The notes under the pieces were generated by a model that was not told the DNA's origin, searched no databases, and saw nothing but the letters and a program-made list of their open reading frames with translations. From NCBI RefSeq assembly GCF_021869535.1, contig NW_026262669.1, positions 7,998,001 through 8,062,000 on the forward strand: a DNA stretch of 64,000 nucleotides, read 5' to 3'. Position numbers and translations under genes: made by a program. Positions within the stretch are counted from its first letter, which is position 1. Each line of letters starts with the position of its first letter. The stretch comes from Mytilus californianus. Lineage: Eukaryota. Below, piece by piece: positions 13,590 to 25,478 of this stretch.

Positions 13590-13796
13590 TTTGGATTGCT
13601 GGTGGTCGGACGAGATATAAGTCGTTTTTGAAACCGAATACAACAAGAACGTATGGTTTATTGCACAAACTATGATATCATATCAAGGTCTGTATATCAA
13701 GGTCATATTCGGTTATTAATAGTACTATAGCAGGGTATACTAATTTGTTTACATTATCATATTTCACATACAACAAGATATATACTTATTTTATAT

Positions 13797-16700
13797 CACT
13801 ACAAACCAGTAAAAGTCTGAAATGGCCTATATCTGTACTCGACTGTACTGATTTTTACTCGACCAGTCTGAATTGGTCTGAATTTTACTCGACAGTACTC
13901 GACCCCAGTCTTAACCGTACCCGACTGTACTGATTTGTACTTGACCCTCATCTTTGCCATTGAAAATAGTCTGAACTATTACTCGACCAGTCTGAAACAG
14001 TCTTAACCCATTCTCGACCTGTACTCGACCTATTTTTTTATACGACCGCAAAAAAATTTTTGTGGTCGTATATTGGTATGACTTTGGCGTCGTCGTCGTC
14101 GTCCGGCGTCGTCGTCCGAATACACATTGGTTTTCGCACTCTAACTTTAGTTTAAGTGAATGGATCTTTTTGAAATTTTACCATAAGGTTAAATACCACA
14201 AAAGGAAGGTTGGGATTGATTTTGGGGGTTATGGTACCAACAGTTAAGGAATTAGGGGCCAAAAAGGGGCCAAAAATAAGCATTTTCTAGTTTCCAGACA
14301 ATAACTTTGGAACAGTGTATGGATCTCTCTGAAATTATACTACAAGTTTCCATACCACAAAGGGATGGTTAGGATTTGCTTTGGGGGGTTATGGCTCAAA
14401 CCGTTTAGGAATTAGGGGCAAAAAAGGGGGAAAAACAAGGTTGTCCTGGTTAATGGACAAATACTTTAGTACAAAACATAATTTAAAGCAGTGTAAGGGA
14501 GATAAATCAAATACATCATTGAAATTATCTCCCTTACACTGCTTTTAAATTATGTATAAAGTAATGGTTAATGAACAATAAAGATAATTTAAAACAGTGT
14601 AAGGGAGGTAATCCAAATACAACGTTTTGGTTACTTCCCTTACACTGCTTTTAAATTATGTTTAAAGAAATGCATATTTATAAAGGAAGACCAGTAAAAA
14701 TATCTGCAAATGTTGCATCATTTTATTTTACAAAAAAATCTATATGAAAGATTTGACACTATATTTTTAATTCTTTTATAAAATAGATTAAGTTAGCACT
14801 ATGGTAAAATTAAATGGATAATTATGGTTGCCAACTCCATTGGAAATTTGAATTGAGATTATGACCATATCTTGAGGGAAAGAATTTTTTGGGGAAAAAA
14901 TGGGGGGGGGGGGGGGGATAAAAAGAAATTGTGGGGGGTCAATTTTTTCTCATTTCAGATTTCAGAAATTAAAAAGAATTATTCTTCAAATATTATTTTT
15001 TTTTCAAATTTCAAATATTGAAAAATTTCAAGAAGTAATCTTTAATTGCACAGTATGGCACATTAGATTTGTAAAATCTTTGATCACATATATTTATTTG
15101 TTATGCCGAATCTAACAGTGTATTTAGATTTTTAATTTTGGGTCCAGTTTTCAAAATAGTCTACATTAAGGTCCAAAGGGTCCAAAATTAAACTTTGTTT
15201 GATTTTAGCAAAAATTGAATATATGAGGTTCTTTGATATGCTGAATCTAAACATGTATTTAGATTTTTGATTTTTGGCCCAGTTTTCAAGTTGGTCCAAA
15301 TTGGGGTCCAAAATTAAACTTTGTTTGATTTCAACAAAAATTGAATATATGGGGTTCTTTGATATGCTGAATCTAACCATGTATTTAGATTTTTTATTTG
15401 TGGACCCCGTTATCAAATTGGTTCATATTGAGGTCAAAAGGGTCCAAAATTAAACTTTGTTTGATTTCATCTAAAATTGAATTATTGGGGCTCTTTGATA
15501 TTCCAAATCTAACCGTGTATTTAGATTTTTAATTTTGGGTCCTGTTTTTTAAATTGGTCTACATTAAGGTCCAAAGGGTCCAAAATTAAACTTAGTTTGA
15601 TTTTAACAAAAATTGAATTCTTGGGGTTCTTTGATATGCTGAATTTAAACATGTGTTTAGATTTTTGATTATGGGCCCAGTTTTCAAGTTGGTCCAAGAT
15701 AGGGTCCAGTATTTAAACTTTGTTTGATTTCAACAAAAATTGAATATATGGGGTTCTTTGATATGCTGAATCTAAACATGTATTTAGATTTTTGATTATG
15801 GGCCCAGTTTTCAAGTTGGTCCAAATTGGGGTCCAAAATTAAACTTTGTTTGATTTCAACAAAAATTGAATATATGAGGTTCTTTGATATGCTGAATCTA
15901 ACCATGTATTTAGATTTTTTATTTGTAGGCCTCGCTATCAAATTGGTTCATATTGAGGTCAAAAGGGTCCAAAATTAAACTTTGTTTGATTTCATCAAAA
16001 ATTAAATTATTGGGGTTCTTTGATATGCCAAATCTAACTGTGTTTTTAGATATTTAATTTGGGTCCCGTTTTTTAAATTGGTCTTCATTGAGGTCCAAAG
16101 GGTCCAAAATTAAACTTAGTTTGATTTTAACAAAAATTGAATTCTTGGGGTTCTTTGATATGCTGAATCTAAACATATGTTTAGATTTTTGATTATGGGC
16201 CCAGTTTTCAAGTTTGTCCAAGTTGGGGTCCAAAATTAAACTTTGTTTGATTTTAACAAAAATTGAATATATGGGGTTCTTTGATATGCTGAATCTAACC
16301 ATGTATTTTGATTTTGGACATTGGACCATAATAGGTAAATTAAAAAAATTTCTTAGACCACATTCTTTCTGTGTCAGAAACCTATGCTGTGTCAAATATT
16401 TAATAACAATCCAAATTCAGAGCTTTATCAAGCTTGAATGTTGTGTCCATACTTGCCCCAACTGTTCAGGGTTCGACCTCTGCGGTCGTATCAAGCTGCG
16501 CCCCAGCGAAGCATTTTATTCAGTCTAAACCATACTCGACCAAAGGTCTGAACAATACTCGACCAGTCTGAACCATACTGGACCAAACTGTTAAAATAAA
16601 TTTCTTTTTAACTGACATGACAACAGACACAATAAAATAAAGATATATTATAAAAACAGATTTTTACATTCTTACATGATTCTCAGATTTATGGAATAGA

Positions 16701-18257
16701 GATAGTTAAATCAAATTATCTTATATAATAATTTAATTATATTCATTTTAAAATTTTAGAGTTTTGTTAAAAAAAGATTTTCTTTTACCTAAAAACCACA
16801 CCTATACTGAGGGTAATTAAACCTTATTAAGATGCTTCTTGTTTGGCATGTTTTTTTTTTAAATTAATTTTCCTTAATTCCTAAATAAAAACTACATAGG
16901 TTTCATGGTTACATATAAAAAATGTACAATAGTTATATAATTATCTTTTTAATGAGGTAACAACAGCCAACAAAATCACTGAAATTGTTTAACCTTATTT
17001 TAGAAATACATCTATTATTATGATTTGGGATATATTATATACAATATATATCAAAAAGGGATAAAAATTAAAGAAATTAATAAAATTTTTCTTCTGATTA
17101 GTGGTGAAGTATAAAGTAATACCTCCTGCTTGGGGCAAACTCATTAAAAAGATCACAACCTGGTCAGAGAGTATTAAATTCTAATTAACATGATTAACAT
17201 TCATTCAAATTTGCAACATCCTGTGAAACTTAAATCGCAAGGCCTTTTTTTAATTCACTAGATAAGTAATACACGAGTTTAAGAAAAATAGGGCTTTCTT
17301 TTTACCTGTAAAATACACATGTACTGAGGCAATTAAACCTTATCAAAGTGCTTCTTGTATGCCATGTCTTTAATTTTGACAAAAATTATATAAATTTAAT
17401 TGAAATAAATTTTTACTGTAACTTTGGAACACATTTCCTTTTTTAAAAGTTATCACAGGAATAATTACTATGGAAGTTCTATTATCATGATTATATTAAA
17501 TTCTTGGTTTAACAAAACAAAAGTGTCATTTTTAAAATTTATTAAGTTACTTTATATGCTATTTTATATATATTTTAATAAAAAAAAATGTTCACTGCAT
17601 TATTAACTTAACTCGACTGACACCATAAATCTATACAAGGCTTAAGTTAATGGTGAAAATTGTCCAGTAGTAACCATAAAATATATCTGAAACATTCAAA
17701 AAATTTTGAATAACATTGAAAATATTAGTCACAATTCAGTTTTGAGATTATTTGATCAGCTTGTTTTATTTTTATTTTAAAGGTGATATATATGTATGTA
17801 TATAAGTGTTGATGAATATGGTGATGAAGTTATATTATGTTCATTGTGAAATTTTGGTTTTAATGCTATATTGAATACATTTTTAATTTCAAATTGTTGT
17901 TCAAATTTCTAGCCAGGGGAAATAGCTGTTGTTAAAAACAGTTCCTAAATTGATGAAATACAATAGATAGATACAAAAAATAGGTCTAGGTTGGTTAAGA
18001 CTTGGTCGAGTATGGTTCAGACTAGGTCGAGTATGGTTCAGACTAGGTCGAGCATGGTTCAGACTAGGTCGAGCACGGTTCAGACGCGTTTAAAATGGTT
18101 AAGTACTGGTCGAGTACAAGTTCAAACTGTTAAGTATGGTTTAGACTACAGTCGAGTATTATCAAGTAAATTTCAGACCAATTCAGACTGGTCGAGTAAA
18201 AATCAGTACAGTCGAGTACAGATATAGGCCATTTCAGACTTTTACTGGTTTGTAGTG
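13797..18257. mobile_element. Non-autonomous CACTA (EnSpm/CMC) DNA transposon
   Basis: Starts CACTACAAACC and ends GGTTTGTAGTG, with near-perfect TIRs of about 90 bp and a 3-bp TSD TAT on both sides. Subterminal repeats are of the actcgaccagtctgaac type. No transposase ORF was seen. Confidence 0.92.
14033..16520 (+). mobile_element. Helentron-associated (HINE/DINE-like) non-autonomous element nested in the CACTA element
   Basis: Has a 5' subTIR tacgaccgca with adjacent inverted copy tgtggtcgta, a (cgt)n microsatellite, central tandem repeats of about 125-137 bp (15120-16320), a 3' subTIR tgcggtcgta and a gctg-cgccc-cagc hairpin followed by Ts. It is inserted at a T-rich site that interrupts the CACTA subterminal repeats. 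Confidence 0.75.
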
Positions 18258-19055
18258 TATGGACATTGATAACTGCAAATTAGCTTGAACCGCAGACAAA
18301 TTGGGTGTAAGGGAGCTACCATTTGATTTTTATGTGGGTGGGGGGGGGGGGGGGGGGGATAAAAATAAGCAGGACAGGAGTTTTGAGTTAAAAAAAAGGA
18401 CGGACGAGACACTTTGCAAAAAAAAAAGGCAGGATGACAATTTATGTAAAAAAAAAGTCAGGATAAACTAAAAAAAAAAAAAAAAGGCAGGACCGAATAG
18501 AGTGAAAAATAAAAAGGCAGGACAGAGATTATATTTGTTATAATTTTTTTTTCATTTTGGTCTTGTATGCATTTTGATAATGGCTTTAACTTTGACTTTA
18601 TAACAAAAAACGCAATATACATATAATTATACAATATACAAGATTGAAGACCAATTCCTCACAGTATCACCAAAATCAGAAAGTTTTTAAACCTATTGGA
18701 CTTTGAAGACATAACTGTTTAAATGATTTATTCAAAGGTTTGTCAAATAATTTGACATACATCCGAAAAATTGTAAATATTTCAGCGCTTCTCATTTCTG
18801 TTGAATACACCTTTGGTACAATATTGGAGATTTGTTATAAATGTTTTGTACGATTTTGTATCAAAGGATATTTTGTATCGTTTTTTGTTGTTGTCACAGT
18901 CGTCTTAGTAAATGAAAGGAAAAAGCTGTTGGTTAAGACTTTTTAAGACAAAAAATACTATACAATCATTTGAGCAGGTAGCAGAACCATGAAAAAGAGG
19001 ACAAGGACATATGCCAGACGGATACGGGGTAACATAAGGCATATGTATATACGAT

Positions 19056-19330
19056 AATAATTTAATTTTGGATGTAACACGTCTTCTGATTGGCTGAAAG
19101 TGTTTTGTCTATCAGCTCATAGACATAATTTTGTCATGTGACCGCGACGTCATCAACGTTTTTATCATGATTTACTCCTTTTTAGAATTAAATTATAAGG
19201 AATGACTTTAATATTTTTTCTGTCTATTCGAAATAACATAAAAAATGTGGTGCACACTTTAAAATAACCAGCTACGCGGGTTATTCAGTGTGCACCACAT
19301 TTTTTATATTATTTCTTCATAGACAGAAAA
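19056..19330 (+). repeat. Interspersed repeat with a long 3' palindrome (Helitron-like end); second copy at about 45360-45650
   Basis: aaaaaatgtggtgcacact...agtgtgcaccacattttt forms a stem-loop. Two similar copies occur in the window. Confidence 0.6.
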
Positions 19331-20254
19331 AATATTACAGTCATTCGTTTATGAAATTATAAATATCAAGGTTTTCTACCTTCTTGAACATAACGCTTTA
19401 TGCAACAAATAGCTAATGTTGGTGCAATTTAGGGGGGATGCAAGGTTGAGTTAAAACAAATCTTGTTCCAGTATGTTATCGAAAAAAAATTTGTTTGCTT
19501 TTGATTATAGTCCAGAAAACATATATTCAAATATTTATCCTATAAAAAAAACCATAACCTACACAAAAGATTAACGGATGATGCCTTACATACAAACGAT
19601 CGTCGATCTACAATTATAATATATCTGATTGTTATATACTAGAAAACAGAGTAATAAGGAAGTACATTTGAAAAAGATTCTTTTTTAGATATCATAACTA
19701 TTTAGGTAACAGTCTAAAGATTATAAGTTAAGTTTGATTTTAAGGTTACAATATATGCAGAAATCAAACACGCACGCAAACGACAGCGAATTTTAAACAC
19801 GAGTTAATGATCACCAACCTTTGATACTTTTCGTCGTAAAAGTTCTTCAGCACTTAATTTTGATAAACAAACCTTACAATTTTTCCTGTGTTACCATTCC
19901 TGTATAATTATTCTAGCTACCATTGTTTTAAGGATATTACGAATAGAAAATAAATCTATGGCTCTCTTTTGATACGCCCTATCTACATTGTTGTCTCATT
20001 GACTTATATCTTCTTTAATCGGTATTCATATGTATAAAGACATCTGTGTAATTATTGTTTACAGTATAATGCATATAGCTTTTTTCAATACAACTGAGTG
20101 CAAAGGACTTATAAAACGGAACTTTCTGTATGTTCTACACTGAATCAGAAACCATTCTACGCCGTGTTCAAGAAAAGCATTGAACGAATGAATGAATGAA
20201 TGAATATTTTATTGCAGAGGCAAATATAATGCTTCGGCAAACTAACATAATATA

Positions 20255-20474
20255 TAATGACAATAATGACAGTAATGACAGTAATGACAATAATGACAGT
20301 AATGACAATAATGACAATAATGACAATAATGACAGTAATGACAGTAATGACAATAATGACAATAATGACAGTAATGACAGTAATGACAATAATGACAGTA
20401 ATGACAGTAATGACAGTAATGACAGTAATGACAATAACGACAATAATGACAATAATGACAATAATGACAGTAAT
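20255..20474. repeat. 9-bp period microsatellite (ataatgaca/gtaatgaca)n
   Basis: About 24 tandem units. This is the source of the low-complexity ORFs at 20157-20567. Confidence 0.95.
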
Positions 20475-22528
20475 GTAACAGAGAACAACACAATGAATAA
20501 AGTCATAGCAAGTACTTATTATTATATATAATAACAAATAATCATATCTGTAAATAATGTTCACCAAGAGTTATTCCGAACAGCAACTCGAGTACATTCA
20601 CGTGATACTATTGAAACTCTGAAGTCGACTCTAGAGTTTCAAGTGAACTCGGACCAATTGTTGAACCAGTTTCAGGTTTGTTTTACGGCGTCCCGGTGAC
20701 AGAGACTAAAAATATAATAATTTTAAAAAGAAACCAAACAACCAAACAAACAAACAAAAACAAAACAAACAAAACAAAACACGTCAACCATGGCGGAAAG
20801 AAAAGACAAAATAAAACAAGTCCACAAAACAATACAAAAAAACTAAAAAATTGAGTAACACAAACCCTAACCTAAAACAATGGGGGTGATCCGGAAGGGT
20901 AAGCAGTCTCTGCTCAAGTAGTGGCATCTGTCTGGTTACTTATTGCAATCAAAACATTCCGAGTTGAGTTGCATTCGTTTATTTTGCAGTCTACAAAAAT
21001 AGGATGAAATGTGTGGGTACGACATGTGATCATATCTTTAAATTGTCCACCAATGAAGAAAAATAAACACTGATTAAGAGCAATTCTCTGTAACCACCAA
21101 CCATTTTATATATGGAGGTCGGCACGCATAGTCACCGATTTTCATGAAACTTAGCCAAAACATGTAATCATATAAAAAAAGTAGGTAAAATGCTGACCAA
21201 ATTGTTGCTAGGCGACGGTTGCCATGGTAACCAAGTAAATGAGTTTTCCCGTATATTTTGAGGAATTTAGCATCGACAAATAACTACTTTGAAGTTATTC
21301 AAAATCAGAACCAGGTTTTCTTTGGTGATATTTGTAAATATTTTTCAGATACATGAAACTTAACAAACAAAACAGCAATATCATATATAAAAAATATTTT
21401 TGCTGAAAATTGTCACAACCACATGAGCAGAGGTCATTTTTCATAGTATTTGAGTAGACAAATTATACATATTTTGCATGAACAAAATATACATTTTTGC
21501 ATCCACCTCCACTTAAGCTGTGTTTATAAATTAAAAGTATCAATGTTTATAGTCAAAAAATTATATTGGTACAAAATTCAGAAAAAAAAATGATATTAAC
21601 ATGCAGTTTTCTTTAAGAACACATATATAAACCAGAATAGTAAATTACATGGCAAATTTAATTTCAAGAGACTGATTACACATTCAAATACAAAAAAAAG
21701 AAAGATGTCGTACGATTTTCAATGAGACAACTTTCCTCAAGACACCATAGCTTATTTTTAGACAGATCAATGAATCTACAAGAACAAGAGAAAAAGAACA
21801 TAACTGCTAAGAGGATAACCAGATTATTTCTTTGGTTGGGGTTGGGCTTTCGGACATGAGGTTTTGTATAGACAGAATAGTAATTTTCACTGGTAATAAG
21901 GCTGGATAACTCATTCATTGAAAAATTATTTTTCATTGTGTACACTTCTTTTTCGTATATCAAATCGTATGTTGCTGATGTGCATCTGAATGTACAGAAA
22001 ATTTCTTTTCATCATGTCTTGTGCAATATTATTGATCTTCATTTCCAGACACCATCACATTCATTTCATTAAGCATCCATTATCCCAGTCACAAAATATA
22101 AAATGATCTTTCCTCACCAATAGAACTCCCCTGAATCTGTTCAATTATGTTTGTATTTCAACAGTGGACGTTTAAAAAAAAAAAAAAAAAATTCTCTGCA
22201 AAATTTATTTTTAGCTCACATGGCCCACAGGGTCAAGTGATATTTTCTCATAACATAGCGCTGGTCGTCGTTAACTTGTTCAAACAAATCTTCTCCTCTT
22301 GAACTATTAAGCGAACGGAGTGGGCCCAGCAAGACCCCTTTTTTTGTCCCAAAAATATATCGTTTTTACAAAGTTGTTAAAAATGTAAACTCTAAGCTAT
22401 TTATAATAAAGTAGATAAATATGGGTCGTGTTTTACAATACAATGTACACACATCAGGTACTAGAATCATTATGTAATGCAAAAAAACGAAATTTAAGCA
22501 CTAGTCTTATGCTAATTGTAAAACGTTT

Positions 22529-23500
22529 TTTGTAGCTCACCTGGCCCATAGGGCCAAACAAGCCTTTTCATCACTTGTCGTCCGTTATCGTCCGTCGTTA
22601 ACTTTTACAAATCTTCTCTTCTGAAACTACTGAGACAAATTTAACCAAACTTGGCCACAATCGTCATTAGGGTATCTTGTGTTCGATGACCCAGAAATGG
22701 CTAAAATTGAACATGGGTGGGGGGGGGGGGGGGGGGGGTAAATGCAGATTTTGGCTTATATCTCTGAAAATAAAGCATTTATAGAAAATCTGACATTGGA
22801 ATAAAAAGTTCATCAGGATAGGGTATCTGCCCTGAAATTATCAGACAAATCAGAAAACCCGTTGTTGTCTAAAGCTTGCTGTCCCTGAATTGGTAATTTT
22901 AAGAAAATTTTGCAGTTTTTCGTTTTTGATCTGCAATTTTATCATAGATAGAGATAAACTGTAAACAGCAATAATGAACAGCCAAGTAAGATCTACAAAA
23001 AAGCCAATATGAACAAAATTAAGTTATTGCCCTTTAAAGTCAATTTTTAACAATTTTTATGTAAATTTTTGTCATCTTTTACAAAATCTTCACCTCTGAA
23101 AGTACTAAGACAAATTCAAGCAAACTTGGCGACAATCATCATTTGGGTATCTACTAAGTTTTAAAAAATGTGTCTGATGTCCCAGCCTATTAACCAACAT
23201 GGCCGACATAACTAAAAAAAGAAAATTGGGCTAAAATGCAGATTTTGGCTTATATCTCTAAAACTGATAGGAGTGATTGCCCTTAAATAAAGATTACTCT
23301 AATCTTCTTTTGTGTTTTGAGCAAAAACTAAAGAAGATAGATAGAAACCAAACAGACTTAAAGATTAGAAATACAAGATCAACAAAATAGAGATTTTTGT
23401 CATGAAGTCTATTCTCGTCTACAAATTCAATGTTGGCGAGTGTCCTTTGTTTGATATCAACATAGACCAAGGTGAGCGACACAGGCTCTTTAGAGTTTCT
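22529..23500 (+). mobile_element. HINE-type non-autonomous Helentron element (a truncated second start lies at about 22210)
   Basis: 5' ttttgtagctcacctggccc, a cgtcc microsatellite, internal repeats, and a 3' ggtgagcgacacaggctctttagag...ctagtt end. The gctcacc/ggtgagc subTIR pair is present. Confidence 0.7.
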
Positions 23501-23845
23501 AGTTGCCTTCAATGGAAGTGACGGCACTAGTGTTCAGTCTTAATATTAAACAAGAATGTGTTCATAGTACACGGATGCCCCAATCGCACTATCACTTTCT
23601 ATGTTCAGTGGACCGTGAAATTGTGGTTAAAACTCTAATTTGGCATTAAAATTAGAAAGATCATATCATAAGGAAAATGTGTACTAAGTTTCAAGTTGAT
23701 AGGACATCAACGTCATTAAAAACTACCTTGACCAAAAACTTTAACCAAAAACTTTGGACGGACGAACAGACGCACAGACTAGAAAACATAATGCACATAA
23801 ATGGGGCATAAAAATATTGTATTTATTGAAAACGCATTACATATA

Positions 23846-25478
23846 CAGTCCGCCAAAAGTTAAGCACCACCTATTTTTATTGCTTCGAATTTTTTTCATT
23901 TAAAAAAATCAGTTAATCCTCGAAAAAGAGAAAATATTCATGTAGCAATTTTGCTAACATATACCATAAACAAACCCTAAACCTAAGTTTGGTCACTTGT
24001 GCAGGTTCTATGCATTTGAATTTCGCGTTCATAGAAATAGTGAAAATTACACAAATCAGAAACGGAATTTTAGTTTCACTGTGATTTTATTTTTTTACAA
24101 CAATTAATCACCCAATATCCTTAAAAGTCTCTACAAATAATCTTTGGTATGTTTGGTAAATTTAATGTCAATATTTGAGTCAATAGCATGTGTAACCACC
24201 TCCCTTCCGGTACAGTTCCATAACACGGCGTCTCATACTCTGTACACACATTATGCACTTTAGTTAAGCAAATTTATTACATTCATCAACAATTGCCCTC
24301 TTAAATCGCCAAGATTTTGCAAAGGTGGATCTCTGCGATTGAGATTTCTGCCAATGGCATCCCATACATGTTCGATTTGGTTCATGTCTGGAGACATGGA
24401 AGGCCAAAATATAGTGTCAATGGCTTCTTGCTCTTTGTACTCGGTAATAATCGTTACCCTGTGTGGTCTAGCGATGTCGTCCATGTACAAGGGTCTTGAC
24501 AAAAGTGGGGGATTATTGAAATGAGGGACTACAATGTTTCGAAGCACCAAATCCCTTTATGTCTGTCTGTTCATGTTACTCTGCAACATATGCATACCCA
24601 GCTTACAACAGTATGAGAAGCAACCCCATACTGTAACACAACCAGCATCGAATGCAGTCGTTGTGCAAATGTTGTTGTGGTCATAGGCTATTTTATTTCC
24701 ACGCCAAACTCGTATTCTGCCGTCTATTGGTCGTTACAGAACCCGAATCTCATCTGACCAATGAACATTTTGCCAGCTTCTCCTGTTCCAGCGTCGATGG
24801 TCATTAGCCTTTTGAAACCTGATTATATGGTGCCTGGCTGTTAGGGAAGGTGTCTTGACAACACGACGTGCTCTTTGGTACCCTCTACTAAGTCGACGGA
24901 CCAATGTTCGAACACTAGCACGACCACCTAGAGGCCAGTGGTGTCTAAGCTGTAGGACAGGAGTAAATGGGTTGGCTTTAGTACGACCAATAAGCAATAT
25001 GTCATCACAATAGTTAGTTAAACGGGGTCTTCCGGACCTTGGTCTATCATTTACAGTTCCTGTGTCAACATGACGTTGTAAAAATTTGACAATGACGGTG
25101 TGGTTAACATTGAAATGGTCACCTATGCTCCTAATGCTCCTAACGCCATTTGACATGTCAATTGCTTGTCAACGTTCAGTCACAGATAACTTACGCCTTG
25201 CCATATTTCACAGTGACTTGGTAAAGGGCAAATTTCACCTGTACGCTTGGAAGTAGGAAGATGATTTAAAGGCATCGAAACAGTGTTTTTGTAATAGTGC
25301 AGATGACCTTTAATAAAAGTTGCTTGACGGGTTTATTGGATTTTTTTTTTTTGTCGCAATGAATTTTCTTAGTGTATGTTATAAGCAATTTGTAAAACCA
25401 AACATAAATATTTTTTTTGCAATAGTTAAAAAAATATTGCCAGTTATATTTAGGTGGTGCTTAACTTTTGGCGGACTG
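23846..25478 (-). mobile_element. Tc1/mariner DNA transposon, full length but inactive
   Basis: 28-bp perfect TIRs cagtccgccaaaagttaagcaccaccta (23846-23873 and 25451-25478) flanked by TA dinucleotides; 1633 bp long. Confidence 0.95.
24180..25204 (-). pseudogene. Tc1-family (DD34E-type) transposase pseudogene
   Basis: MARRKLSVTER* has an early TGA. Downstream motifs GRPR, WSDE, YMDDIARPHR, WPSMSPDMNQIEHVWD and SMRRR...GGYTCY* lie in different frames, indicating frameshifts. Confidence 0.9.

Noticed and set aside
15132-16528. Repeated ORFs (KSKYMVRFSISKN...)
   Set aside because: They are translations of the internal tandem repeats of the Helentron-type element.
20157-20567. Low-complexity ORFs (NDS, CHY, IVT repeats)
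   Set aside because: A 9-bp microsatellite that stays open in several frames on both strands; no evidence of coding.
14900-22738. Poly-G tracts (about 14900, 18338 and 22716) as G-quadruplex signals
   Set aside because: They lie within repeat elements and are common, length-unreliable homopolymers in such assemblies.
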